A DNA stretch of 46,614 nucleotides, filler included, from Catajapyx aquilonaris (GCA_000934665.2; 2 parts of 2 records of this genome joined end to end with filler, not necessarily neighbours in it), one strand, 5' to 3'. Counted from the whole stretch's first letter, positions 23,714 to 36,156 are shown. Numbers and translations: made by a program. The notes: generated from the sequence alone by a model not told the origin.

Positions 23714-23939
23714 GTATATATAATATAGCAGAACTCTTTGGATACGCCATAACCTGCCAACAACTGCGCGCCTTCTGTTAACAAAACAGTCCCCTCGACT
23801 TGCACCTCTCACGTGACTTGTCTGAGTGCACCCGTTCCTTGTCTATGAAACCCCTCTAGATGGCGTTTCCTGACATAGGTTCCTATGTCAAAAATACTTG
23901 TCTTGGTCCCCTCTATTACCCCTACAAGTTTGTCCCCTG

Positions 23940-24811
23940 AATTCATTTGGGGCCACCGAACACGGGTGAAGGCGGTCAGAAGACACCTGCTGGCCGCTCT
24001 CCGCCCATTCCTGCTGTCTGCGACGAGGACATACAAGTCGACGCCTGGCCTTCTCCTCTGCTTGTTGAGCAGGACCATACCACTGGTGCTGCAAGCGAAG
24101 GTCATTTGGGAGGTGAGGCAGAGGCTTCACTCCTAAGCTGGAGCGGGTATGGCGAGGCTTCCTGTCCCAGTGAGGGACTCTCCGCCACCTTGGGAATGGA
24201 ACAGGCCTGACATTGGCTTTTGGGCGGAGGCGCAGACTGGGGTGGATCTTCTGATCTTTATGGATGGATCAATCATGAGGCGGAAAGCTGGAGGGGCTGT
24301 GGTGGTGATGGACGGAGGACAGCTTGTGGTCACCTGCGAAAACATCCCTTTCAATGCACTAGCTGGCATCTTCGACGTGGAGCTGGCTATGATCGCGAGG
24401 ACCTTGGAGATCGCCACCTCTTATGCGCTGGAACATTCTGTCTGGGTAATCTCTGACACCAAGTCAGCTCTTCAAATGGTGGTAAACCCACTCTCCACCA
24501 ACGGATCGGCTCAATATGCACGTAGTCTGATGAAAGGCGCGAACCAAGACATCAGCCTCCACTGGGTTAAGGCACACCAAGGTACGCTCGGGAATGAGCT
24601 GGCCGATCAGGAAGCAAAGAAGGCGGCGCAGCTCACCGTGGGTCGCCGCTTCTTGCCCATATCGGCACACCACATGCGAAAACTGGCATTCGACTCGGAA
24701 ATGGAGGCCTGGCAGCGGGAATGGGAGATGGGGGCTGACTCGTGGTACTTCGGATTCTTTCAATCGGTGTCCACAAATCGCCACATCCATGACCACTTGG
24801 TGGATGTCTGA
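23940..24811 (+). mobile_element. Degenerate non-LTR retrotransposon fragment (post-RT connection plus RNase H; R1/LOA/I-like)
   Basis: ATRTYKSTP...TIPL connection motif, then RNase H motifs IFMDGS, DVEL, ISDTKSAL and LHWVKAHQGTLGNELADQEAK. In-frame stop at 24134-24136; no RT core present. Confidence 0.85.
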
Positions 24812-25324
24812 TGCTGGTGGATGATTGGTGGATGACTGGTGGCTGATGTGGATGGATGACTAAAATGATGACGTTTCTGTTGTATTTTGTTGAGAAATAA
24901 ATAGGGAGGAAGGGCTGCAGGGCCATATATTGGCTTCGTCGGTCCAGAATTTCCATATTAGTAGAGGAAAATTACTGATTTTTTAATGTCGTGCATAATT
25001 TACAGGTGAGCTAATTTGGCATTTTTGTGGATTGTTTTATTAATAAATGCAGTAGTGTGCATTATAAACATATGGAAAGCAGAAAACTTTCTTGTGTATT
25101 TGTTGCAAAAGTGGTGATTTGGTCGTAACAGACTGTTTTCCGTGGTCCCTTGAAGTCTGTTACATCCGGAGTCAACTGTAATTAGCCTTTTATCACTATT
25201 TCTCGCAGAACCCCGATTGAGAAACCCTGGTTTAGACAATCGAGGAGGTTTTTCTTGTACCATCTGACCCCCTCACCCTAGGCTCTTCTTTTTGGCTCTT
25301 ATTGACCATTGCCTGCATTTCTAG

Positions 25325-25837
25325 GTGATTGAAGTGGCCTACTACATGCACCCATGCCAGGACAGCCTCGTCTGCAAGGCCACCTTGGCTGAGAAGGTCC
25401 CGTACTTCAACGCCCCCATCTATCTGGAGAATAAGCAGCAGGTGGGCAAGATAGACGAGATATTTGGAAACGTGAGAGACTACTCCGTGTCCGTGAAGCT
25501 GTCTGATGATGTGAAGCCCAAGTCATTCCAGCCCAACCAGAAGCTGTACATCGATCCCAACAAGCTGCTGCCACTTCAGAGGTTTTTGGGGAGTGGGCCG
25601 GGAGGTGGGAGGGTGCAGAAGAGGGGTGGCGGAGGCAGAGGAGGCGGATTCGGTGGGAGGGGAGGTGGCGGGAGGGGTGGCCGAGGCGGTGGAGGGTTTG
25701 GCGGAAGAGGAGGAGGTAGAGGTGGGTTTGGCGGACGGGGTGGTGGAGGTGGATTCAGGGGCGGACGAGGAGGCGGATTTGGAGGAAGGGGAGGCGGCGG
25801 CGGCGGATTCAGGGGAGGAAGAGGAGGACGATACTAA
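25325..25837 (+). CDS. GAR1: H/ACA ribonucleoprotein complex subunit 1 (Gar1), last coding exon
   Basis: Gar1 core [25 protein letters not shown]...[14 protein letters not shown] followed by an RGG tail, preceded by the acceptor TTTCTAG. The N-terminal RGG exon(s) were not found. Confidence 0.95.
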   Translation: MIEVAYYMHPCQDSLVCKATLAEKVPYFNAPIYLENKQQVGKIDEIFGNVRDYSVSVKLSDDVKPKSFQPNQKLYIDPNKLLPLQRFLGSGPGGGRVQKRGGGGRGGGFGGRGGGGRGGRGGGGFGGRGGGRGGFGGRGGGGGFRGGRGGGFGGRGGGGGGFRGGRGGRY

Positions 25838-27345
25838 TCATAATCACTTAAAATCATTGTACTGGAAAAAGGGCAATAAAAGTGCTATACTTCTACTATT
25901 CAAACTCAATATTTTGCATAAGCCTAACACTACAAAGAATAATCTGGCCAATGTAAAATTCTAAGCCAGCCCTGGATGACTCATTATTCGCAGACACAAT
26001 TTCCTTCTGGAGCCTCTACTGTGGTGTCCGATAACGTGAGATAAACACACGGCTTATTGCCAAATGGTTCTTGCATGTACTCGTACATTCTGGGTACAGT
26101 GCAAAGTTCGTACTAGTGTGAATGAAAATGCTTAAGAAACATCCAACATGTGGCAACGCTGAGCTGGATGTTTCTCTGCCTTATTTCTCATGTTGCAATT
26201 TCCAGTCGCTGGTCAGTTGGCGGACACTTCTCACCAAGTCGTGCAGCTCATCTGCAACACCATGAATTGTCCTCATCTCTAGCTGTTATTGGTGCTCCAG
26301 CTGCCTCGACTAATTGCTTGCCATCTCCGTAGGAGCAAAGAATAGGTCAGTTATTCGATTGTTGGTGGAATCAGTGCATTTTGGAGCAGACAAATTAACA
26401 GGTGGTCCTTCAAATGGTTGTCTGAATTGACGCAGTATTTCGGGAGAGTAGTCATTAGTGGTAATGAAGAATTCACCCACTGGAAATCACTTGTGTATAA
26501 TTTTAGATGTTCCCTGCATAGTTGGACCCTATTTTTTCACGACACACATTTGAAAGCAAAACAACAAGTATTACAAGTGACAGTGGCCGTGATATTTGCG
26601 TACACTTTTTTGAGGAGTGACTACATCCTTGGTTTTCATTGAAAAGGGCTAGCGTATTATTGAATTTCTTTTATGAAGGTCACACTGTCTAGTAGATGAT
26701 AATTATATTGGCTTCTTGGATGACTCACCTCTCGCTCATTTCCTTGCGGATCCAGCTTCCTCTGCTATTGTCTGGAGGTGTCAGATAACGAGACATAATA
26801 AAAACCTATGGGCTTCAGTTGCTTTGAATGTGTTATTAAAAATACTTTATTAGCCTGTAGACCTCAAAACTTTGCCATGTTACATCAGTGACACATGTAC
26901 GAAAGCAGGGAAGGTGTGGTTATAATAATGTAGTGCTAGAATTTGGTTTAGTGAAAAGTTTAACATGCTTGACATACTTTTGGGCTGATAGAAGGAGTCA
27001 TGATATTATCTGCATTACAAACATTCCCCAATGGCTCCAATGATGTGGGCCGATTGCCTCCCCTTTGCCAGCACCACATTTATAATCTACCAACGACAGA
27101 GAATAAGAGAACTGATCTCACTCACATCTTGTGCATTGGAGCACAACATACTTGGCGCCAATAACATTACATTTCCCGACTGGTGTGTGGTGTCAACAAG
27201 TGCCATGAAATTGGGTAAAAAATGGTGATATGAACATACTTACAGTTTTCTTACAAACTAGTACATAACGACAGTCAGGCAAAGTCATGTAATATACAGT
27301 AGTCCTACGGTAATTAACCCACCTTCAGAAATCATCACATGTTTG

Positions 27346-27443
27346 ACACAGACCGTCGACGGTTTTGGTCTTTGGTCGCGTTGACGCCGCGGCGTAAACG
27401 CAACCAAAGACCAAAACCGTCGAGGGCGTGTGTGAATGGGCCT
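27346..27443. mobile_element. Palindromic Harbinger-like MITE remnant
   Basis: Near-perfect palindrome centred on GCCGCGGC. Right end GTGTGAATGGGCCT followed by TTA. Confidence 0.6.
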
Positions 27444-27449
27444 TTAGGC

Positions 27450-27510
27450 TCGAATACCAGTTTACATTATGGTAAGATAGTATCTTACCATAATGTAAAC
27501 TGGTATTCGA
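27450..27510. repeat. Perfect 30-bp inverted repeat with a 1-nt spacer, overlapping the F-box gene 1 stop codon
   Basis: 27450-27479 is the exact reverse complement of 27481-27510. Confidence 0.95.
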
Positions 27511-28898
27511 ACAGTATAATTGTAATATACAAGGCTGCAAATAAAATTAATACCAGTCCCCCAACCACACACCAGCCGGCACATACACTAGAGTTATTTA
27601 CAACATCATTTTCCGGAAGCCATTCAATAACCAATGAAAAATCACAGCAGTCTTTGACGTGGATTGGCAGGTCAGGTCGGTGTTCCTGCAAGTCATACAC
27701 ACCTTCAGAAGTTATCTTGTCACATTCGATGAGGGTCAGGCTATTCAGGGTAGAGCATCCAGAGATTGCAGAAAGGCAGGCATCGTCCAGGTTGTGAATG
27801 GCATTCAGCTCGAGAGTCTGAAGATTGGCTATCACATGCGGGGCCGAAAAGTAGTCGCAAATGGCAGGGGCTTGGAGGAGGCTGCAGTCGTGGATGCTCA
27901 GATTCCGCAGTCCAGAAATGGCACCGATTCCACCCAGGAGGCCATCGTCACAAATGTGTGAGTACAGCAGGCAAAGTTCACCCAAATTCTGGAACATGGC
28001 CAAGCGCAAGTATGACCCTCGTTCCCTCAGGTGTGTAATGGTCAGCTTTTGCAGGTGTCCAGCCCCAACAGAGTTGGCCAGCACGTAAACTTCTGTGTCA
28101 GCAGAGTGGAAGGGATATAGATTGACCTCCTTCAGGTGGCTCCAGTGGCGCTCCAGGGTGACATCCATGTCAGCAAAAGGGCCTAGGTTTCTTTTGAGGG
28201 AAAGCTTCTGTAGGTTGGAGCAAGCAGCAAAGATGTCCATCAGGTGGGGAGTTCCCTTTGCCAAGAAGCAATCCTCAATTGTTACAGACTTCAGAAACTT
28301 GCAGTTGCTCACTAGTCGATTCAAGGTGTCCACCTCCCCCAGTTTTACACCTAACATGTACAATGATTCCAGGTGTTGTGAGGCTTCCAGGGCATCCAGG
28401 ATGTCATCAGCTGTTTCCCCGGGCCAAGTGCAGACTAGCTTGATGGTCTTCAGCTGTGTCATGGACCCCAGGATGTCGACTGCCCTCTTTGTTCCAATCT
28501 TGTTTCCATACAGCACAAGGTCCTTCCAGAGTTGTCTGTCACGACTCAAGACATCAAATCGAATGGAAGTGTAAGGCACTCGCTCCAGGAGATCCTCTGG
28601 AGACAGGTACGAAAATATCTTGACCACTAGTTCATCGGACAAGACTGAGAAGGCATTATCCTGGAAGGCAAGAATAACATTATCAGTTCAATTCCATTCA
28701 ATAAAGGTATAGAAATATTATAAACTGCAAGTCAAAATTAAATTCCACTCATCACTTTTATATTAATTTAAGCCTGAATTGGTTTGTGAAGATCCATATC
28801 ACTGCCTTTCTATTTCTTACCTCTTCTTTCTTTTTCTGTGCATCATGCACTGACGACAACTTCTTCATGCCAGCAAATGAACAGAGTCCCTTGGCCAT
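27485..28898 (-). CDS. F-box/leucine-rich repeat protein 1 with a C-terminal hydrophobic tail
   Basis: Exons 28898-28821 and 28660-27485 (phase 0). F-box LSDELVVKIFSYL...DRQLWK, Cys-containing LRRs (CKFLKSVTI, CSNLQKLSL, CSTLNSLTLIEC), and tail VVGGLVLILFAALYITIILF. Confidence 0.9.
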
Positions 28899-29648
28899 CT
28901 TGTAAACAACGTGAGAACCTGAAAAGAAGAAATAAATAATTATTTTTAATGACATGCATTATGCAGCTGAACATATCGATGTCACCTTGGCTTATGATAA
29001 TGTGACAATGTGATACAAGCTAATCTCTAATGGAAATCACACAACTGTACAGGGTGCTTCAAAACGTAGCTTTCTTTCGTCAAGTAGTACGTAAAATTTC
29101 ACGCAAATTATTATCAGTTAATTATTATGGATGCACAATTAGCACCAAGAAACATAGGGTCTAATATTTGTTTTAGCCTAACCAATCAACAGGTTGATCT
29201 GTCTGTATCAGTATGGCATGTTACCGACATATTAAGGCGTATTTGTTTTCAGCGTTGGTGTTATGATAGTCACGCATTTAATCAAATTATGACATTTAAT
29301 GATATATTTATAATGTACACTCCTGGTCGATGTCCATTTTAATTTTGACAGTTTACTCTTTGTACTTCTAAATGCAATAAACATCCCAGAACCATGTGGA
29401 AATTTTCTCCCCTACCCAAGGGGGTACAACTCCCCAAAAAAGTGTACACCAGTTCCTGGAACCTGGTGGTTCCACCCGGTTCCATGAAGTGGTCACCCTC
29501 TCGTACCCTACCCTGAAGCTAACTCTTCATCATTGCAACAGGTTATGACAGTAGTTTCCCCATGGGTATGTTACCTCACCTCTGTCCAGGTTATGGCCCT
29601 AATATTATGCCTAGATTAGCAAAACAGCCATAACTTCAATATGAAATC

Positions 29649-29816
29649 TGCCGGCAGAAATAAGAAGTTCGTAACTCAAAAACTATAGTAAGGGTGAAAG
29701 TCACATGCATGCCCTGCACTAATCCCCCTTGACTCAGGGGGGATTAGTGAAGAGCATGCATGTGACTTTCACTATTACTATGTTTTTGAGTTACGGACTT
29801 CTTACATCTGACGGCA
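29649..29816. mobile_element. Long hairpin (foldback/MITE-like) between divergent F-box genes
   Basis: About 80-bp imperfect inverted arms (e.g. GTGAAAGTCACATGCATGC / GCATGCATGTGACTTTCAC) with a very short loop. Confidence 0.75.
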
Positions 29817-30863
29817 AAAATAAGTCGAAATAAGTTGATCTATTACACATTTACATGGAACCAAACTATAATAGCAAAACTCGACATATTTGCATTTTTT
29901 TTGCTAAGGAGGACAAAATACGGCAACAAACGTTTACCACAACAACAGCCAGTAGCCAGCAACTATTTTTCCTCCTGTTCTCCAACAATCCCCAAGTACA
30001 TACCCGTTGCAATTAGAGCAGCTCGACCCTATAGTTGCAATCTGGACACAATCGGAGACAACAACTAGCTCGCGACACGCCGACTGCAGGAATGAGACGC
30101 CGGTCCACCCCTCCTTGCTTGCTGTACACGAAGTCTTGTGAAACATACACGACGCTTATCTGGTCCAAACCTGAATTTTTGAAGGGGTCAAAATCAAGGT
30201 CTTGGGTCAAAATAGCTCACCGCATTGTCCCCCCTCCAAAATGAGTCATTGGATAACCCAAGGATAACCGGTTCCTTGTGGCCGCCTAAGGGCTATTTCT
30301 ATAGTCTTAAATGCTGCAGCTAAATTTAGGCCATTTGGTGCAAATGGTCAAATACTGTCGTTCAATATTACATACATTTTATTCCTGAAAACGGCGCAAT
30401 TTCTGTGGCCGATTTCTATCCTTCTAGCCAGACTTTCAGCCGGACATCAGAGGCTGATGTGTGGCCTTTCACTGCCAGGATAACATGGAAAAGGCAGCAT
30501 GTATACTCGATCATATTGGTGTTAATTAATTATTTGTTTAATAAAAAAGCTTGACCTTTGTTATGTCACATTTTCGGCCAAACATGTGGTCGAAAGGTGA
30601 TGTCGCCTCTCAGGCTTTTTCTTCCTACTTGTGATTCATAACCAAGGCTGGGGATTATATACAGAGTATGGACATTAGCTTTTGGTATTGTTGGGAACAC
30701 TTTTGGAAAGAAGCAGTGTCAACCACTTCAGTTATTGTGGTAGCTCCAATGAAAATAAATATTGCAAAGAAAGTGCATGGAAGTTGCTGTAATATGAAGT
30801 TAATTTTTCTCATTATCCGGCCAGGTTTTGTTCTTGGAATCTTCTACAGCAGCTATCAGCTAT

Positions 30864-32091
30864 ATGGACGTTGTGCTGATGGATAGTCCAAATCAGAAGG
30901 TAAGAGAGGCGGTATTTATTTCTCAAACATCAAACTTGAAAAAATATGGTCCTTTTACAGCAAAGAAAAAAAGGAATCGATTCCTTCCCAGACGAACTAC
31001 TGCTAAAAATATTCTCGTATTTGTCCCAAGACGATCTGGACATATTACCGTCAGTGTCCCCAAGGTGGGAGAGGCTGTCCCGAGATCCTGTGTTGCAAAC
31101 GAGGGCCTTTATTGACCTCAACAAAATGGGACTCGAGAAAGCCCTGGTGCAGGTGAAGATGATGAAGAGGTTGAGGAACGTGACAGTGGCAAGTTGGTCC
31201 AGGCTTGATTGCGACAAGGTTCTAGCCGAAATGTCCAACTTGGACACCCTCAAGATGGTTGGTGTCACAATCAAGAATGAGAAGAGTCTGATTGGCCTGG
31301 TTCGACGATCTGGACAGCTAAGGGTTGTCCACATACAACTGTCCCAGATTAGTATTCGATGCTTGCGACGTAGAGTGATTCGGCCTCGACATCTCCTGGA
31401 TGTGTTTGCTCCCTGCCCCTATTTGGAGAGCTTGTACCTGGACAATGCTGACTTCATTAGCAAGCCGATTAACTTACATCTGACACGTCAGTGGGGACGC
31501 CTGAAGAGTGTGACACTTGGATACGACGAATCTTCATCGGGAGACGAGTTGCTTTTCCTGCTGCAGTTCACAGCCCAAATAAGACACCTTCGACACATTT
31601 CTGGTTATTTTTTGGCGCATGAAAACGTGATTAACATCAGATATTTCCAGGGGTTACAATCTCTGGAATTACATTGCACCCTGATCACAGACATGGAATT
31701 ATTGGAAGGTGTTGCCATGTTAGTCAATCTGCGTCATCTGAACGCACATTTCTACCATAATAAACTGACTCTAGATGCGATCAAGGCCTTCTTCTCCAAG
31801 CCGCATATCTTTCTCCAGCTGGAGACTCTCAAGCTCGCAGGCTTCTCCCAACTGGACGATTCTTGCCTGGAAGTCATCTCCAGATGCGTGTCTCTCAAGC
31901 AGGTGATGCTGACTGGTTGTCACAACATCACTATCTCAGGTTTGAACATACTGAAGCGCAATGTGGTCAAAGTGCAGGCAATACGGTGCGGAAAAGTAGA
32001 TCTGGAGGAGAGAAAGAGAAAGCTCCTCTTACATTTTGCTGTGTTTGCTGCTACGAAACTGCTCATGATATACTTGAGCACCCATCATTAA
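30864..32091 (+). CDS. F-box/leucine-rich repeat protein 2
   Basis: Exons 30864-30899 and 30961-32091 (phase 0, same layout as F-box 1). F-box FPDELLLKIFSYL, LRRs CPYLESLYL and CVSLKQVMLTGC, and a basic-then-hydrophobic C-terminus. Confidence 0.9.
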
Positions 32092-32374
32092 TATATAATC
32101 AACTGAAAGAAGCACAAGTACTTTTACTGCCCTACGAATTACTGTGGATTATTGTATTTGAACGACTTCTGTAAACTTTTTTTTTTACCGCTGTCATGAC
32201 ACAATATTTTTGTCTCACTCTGCTGCTGAACCTCTTTATTAGCATTCTCAGGTTGAATAAATAGTATATGCCTATGTCTTTGTGCGCATAATTATACAGT
32301 GTTATCTACTTGAGGATGTCCTCAGAGAGCAGAAGGAACAATTTCGTTGTTGTTTCAGTGACTGTCTGTAACAT

Positions 32375-32480
32375 CATGCAAGGCCGACGAGAAGCCACAC
32401 TGATCCCTATGGTGAAAGGTAGGATGATCACGTCCCAGGAGTTTACCACCCTGGGCATTCGAGTGAGAAACATTATTCCT
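32375..32480 (-). pseudogene. Inverted ionotropic receptor fragment
   Basis: IMFLTRMPRVVNSWDVIILPFTIG, then after a 4-nt shift VWLLVGLA; matches IR paralog 3 LTFLLRLSRVVDSWDVIIRPFTTGMWLLIDLA. Confidence 0.75.
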
Positions 32481-32795
32481 TTTGTATCCGAACCGCCTTT
32501 TGATTGAACCTCCAGCATTATAAATTCACTTAATTTCCTATAAGTTAATACAGCTTTTGTCATGGGCTATACCGCTCTATTAGACCTATGTATAATTATG
32601 CATCCCTGTTTTAATGCGTTTTTAAAACTTTTATCAAAAGATGGACAATTTCCGGAACATGATATCCAAAGGGAACAAAGCGCACAGAGTGGAGACCCTG
32701 TGTATGGTGGAGACAATCCTGAGAGATTTCATGCGCTTATTTTCTTCTTTGTCCGGTGCTAACGGGTGGTAAGCTGTCGGGGAAGCGCTACAAAC

Positions 32796-35544
32796 ATGCT
32801 GTGGCTACTTGTCTCATGGCTGTTGTCGCATGTTGCGTCTCAAATCCAACTTGAAGAAGGGGTTGACCTGACCTTTGAGAGCGAGATCCTCCTTCTGGAC
32901 GAAATCAAGGCCCAGCTGGACACCACCTGCCTGATGGTAGTGGCCCACGACTACTCCCGTCTGCCTGACCAACTCTCCGACTGGACAGAGAACGTGACCA
33001 GCGAGGGTCGAATGGTGATGGTGTCCATCCGACTCATCCCCGAGCAGGGAGAGGGGACAGAGGTCACGACCGATGACCCCAACTTGAACTACACTGCTCC
33101 GGTGACCTACTGGTTCGACTGGCTCCATCGCCCGACGGCCTCTCACCTGTCCCACTGCGCCTTATTTGCCTTCTTCCTTCGTCACGAGAACTTCGAGTCT
33201 CTGATGACCACCACTGCGGACAGAGTCCTCCTCAACACCCGATTCCACAGATTCATCTTCTTCGCCAGGGACGGAGGACACCAGGACATTCTTCTTCATG
33301 AACACTCAAGGGTGCTCAAGTGAGTAAATACATTCAGTTTATGTACTTGTAATCGTCAATGTTTTGTGTGGTCATTTCCCAATCACATATTTGTAGCCGA
33401 CTGAATAAACTTCATTCTTTCAGATATAAACTGGCAGTGAACATGGAGACACAGATGCGATGGACAATATGCTTCTATTGCGACAACGGAGAATCGAAAT
33501 TAGTGGAGATCGATCAACAGATATTTACGTTGGACATGTTATTTCCAGATTATACATCAGACCTGCAGGGGAAAACTCTCAGAGGAGTTTTCTTTCTCCC
33601 AGACTTTGAGACGGACGATGACATTATAAGAAACAAATTTTACAACCTAAAGAAAATGTTCCCTCATGAGTTGCAGTTCCTGGATATAAGGCAAGCAATG
33701 AATTTTAAGATGGAGATGGCCATAATGGAAAATGCAATTCCACTAGAAAATAAGATGGATGATGGAACATGGATAGGAATGATTGGAGAGATCCTTTACG
33801 GAAGAGTAGATTTCTGTCCCATATCAATGTTATTCACCGCTCCACTTGAGGTGATGGAGTATGGACACGTCTATTACACCTCCCAACTGACATTCCTCCT
33901 GCGACTGTCCAGAGTGGTCGACTCCTGGGACGTGATCATCCGACCTTTCACCACAGGCATGTGGCTTCTTATCGACCTTGCATGCGTCGTGGGAAGCTTG
34001 GTCCTGTGGATCCTTCTGGTGGTCAGCATAAAGAAGGTGGCCTACCCTTTTGGGAAGCAGGCTCCTCTCCTGTACCCTTACTCCCTGACCTACATTCTCC
34101 TGACCCTGACAGAAGAGCACCCAAATCTTATTCCAAAATCAAACTCTACCCGAATGTTCCTCTCATTGTGGTGGGTGTTGGCTGTTGTCATAACCTGTGG
34201 ATACACCGCCAAACTCTTTGGATTTTTGGCTAATCCGGATCACGAGACACTCCCAAGGTAAGAAGTTTTCCCCTATGTATAAATGATCCCTTCAATATGA
34301 TTGATTTTGCAGTGGCCCACAGTAATTTTTATGGTATCTCCGACAACTGGCTGCATGTCAACTGGCTGTCGGACAACTGGCCGCAGGTCAACTGGCTGTC
34401 GTGTCAACTGGCAACTGGCAGGCCAACGATCATTATTGTGGCTTTGTCAACCTTCAAGCAGACAATGATATACGTATAATTAATTATTGTGCCCTCTGGT
34501 TCAATTTTCATTACGAACGATTTGATGCACACCAACCAATCCCGTTTGGCAACATTGTCGGTGTTCCAAACAACCTGCAGCCAGTTGACCCGCAGCCAAA
34601 AAGCACAGCAGCCAGTTGACCTGCGGCATGTTGTCCGATAGCCAGTTAGACCTGCAGCCAAAAGTCGTAGATTCAATAAATTTTTGTTGGACTTTGTTCC
34701 TAATGCGATTGGATGAAAAAGTAGTTTTTAAATTAATTTTATGAAAACCAGGGCTTAAAAGCTAAAAATTTGCAATTTTGTCTCACTTGAAATATTTTGA
34801 CCACCAATCATATGTACTATTGTTGCAATACAATTTTACTCAACAATGTGAAGTTACTGTCCCAGAAGGTTTTACACAAATTGCCTTTTCATTCCCACTT
34901 CACTGCAATCTCTCCCATTCTAATAATATTATTTTTCTGTTGCAGTAATATACCCGAGCTGTTCTTCGACTCAGGATGGACGTGGGGGACCTTACCAATG
35001 TACGTTATATCTTTGGAAAGGTTCTCTTCGGGGAGTCTGATGTGGAATATCTGCTGGCGCTGATGGACTTCGTTGAAGAAAAGGAAACTCTGGAAGAATG
35101 CCTTCAGAAAGTCCTTGACGATGATTTTGCCTGCCTGGGCAGCGAAATCACGATCATGGAAGCCGTCTACGAGTTTATGGACATGGAAGGGAATTTTCCA
35201 TTTACAGAGGTTGTCGACACGCATCTACCAAGTTCTACGCTAGCACGATCCTCAACAAACATGATGTTCTGACCCCGCGTTTTGATCGATGTCTCTTGCA
35301 ACTGGAAGCCTCTGGCCTCTTGGATTATTACATAAAATACTATCTTTCCGTTGCCAGATTTGAGAAAATTAGCGAAGCCAAAGCTAAACGCTACCTGTTG
35401 CATACCTCAAGCATGGCTTTCAATCAAATGAAAGGGCTGTTTTACGGTTTAACACTGTGCCTCGGTATTGCCTTCACCGCATTTCTTGCTGAGAAATTGA
35501 GTTACTGGAAGAACGCAAAAGGATGTTTGCCTACTATTTCATAA
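32796..35544 (+). pseudogene. Ionotropic receptor paralog 3, 3 exons, two apparent frameshifts in the last exon (pseudogene or assembly error)
   Basis: Exons 32796-33319, 33424-34257 and 34946-35544. Motifs ICFYCD, DLQGKTLR, DGTWIGMIGEI, RPFTTGMW, YTAKLFGFLANP and M3 GLFYGLTLCLGIAFTAFLAE. The reading frame changes near 34984-34990 and 35222-35230. Confidence 0.8.
34333..34675. mobile_element. Foldback/MULE-like element in intron 2 of IR paralog 3
   Basis: Tandem CAACTGGC subrepeats on the left are mirrored by GCCAGTTG on the right. Termini GTATCTCCGAC / GTCGTAGATTC; TSD degenerate. Confidence 0.65.
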
Positions 35545-35889
35545 TCTTACTACCGGACCGGCGCGGCGACCCTATAAACGGACGGTGTTATGCAACACTT
35601 TTGAGAGGGAGAGGGAGCGTCTACTGGTATGGTCTAAGAGTATCACAAACAATGTTGTAATTAAATTATACGGCATACATTTTCGATGGATTATTTTATA
35701 AGAAAACCATCAGGCAAAGTCGAGTTTATCCACCACCGCGCCTTCGCATGTGACGTCATACCTCCGCTACGCCGTAGTGACGTATCATAGGGAGCGGCGC
35801 ATGCGCCAAGGGCTCTGCCTGCAGTCTTGCCTGTGGGATCCGGGATTGCTCGTCCGGCAGAAAATTATTCGCACTTCTGCAGGCAATTA

Positions 35890-36156
35890 TTGTCGAATGC
35901 AAATAAGAACGCTGACGACTGCGCAGCCCGGAGTGAGCTGGATACACTCCGGGAAATCGAAGGTTTTTTTTTAAAAAAATGAAACATCCCCTCTTGTGAT
36001 CCTTATTTCCAACGTTGGCTGGGGGAATGGCGGGGAATGGGCTAGCGTTGGAAATAAGGATCACAAGAGGGGGTGTTTCATTAAAAACCCATTCGATTTC
36101 CCGGACTGCACTCCGGGTTGCGCAATCGTCTGCGTTCTTACATTTGCATTCGACAA
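35890..36156. mobile_element. Long hairpin element upstream of F-box gene 3
   Basis: About 120-bp inverted arms, e.g. TTGTCGAATGCAAAT / ATTTGCATTCGACAA and CTCTTGTGATCCTTATTTCCAACG / CGTTGGAAATAAGGATCACAAGAG. Confidence 0.8.

Noticed and set aside
25593..25964. Acidic 123-aa ORF overlapping GAR1
   Set aside because: Alternative-frame reading of the GGN-rich RGG repeat.
26150..27230. Patches with coding-like composition and splice-like signals on the minus strand
   Set aside because: In-frame stops and no coherent gene model or recognisable homology.
34336..34660. Short periodic CAACTGGC repeats superficially like a CRISPR array
   Set aside because: The repeats are too short, irregularly spaced, mirrored as inverted arms and inside a eukaryotic intron with no cas genes; they are transposon subterminal repeats.
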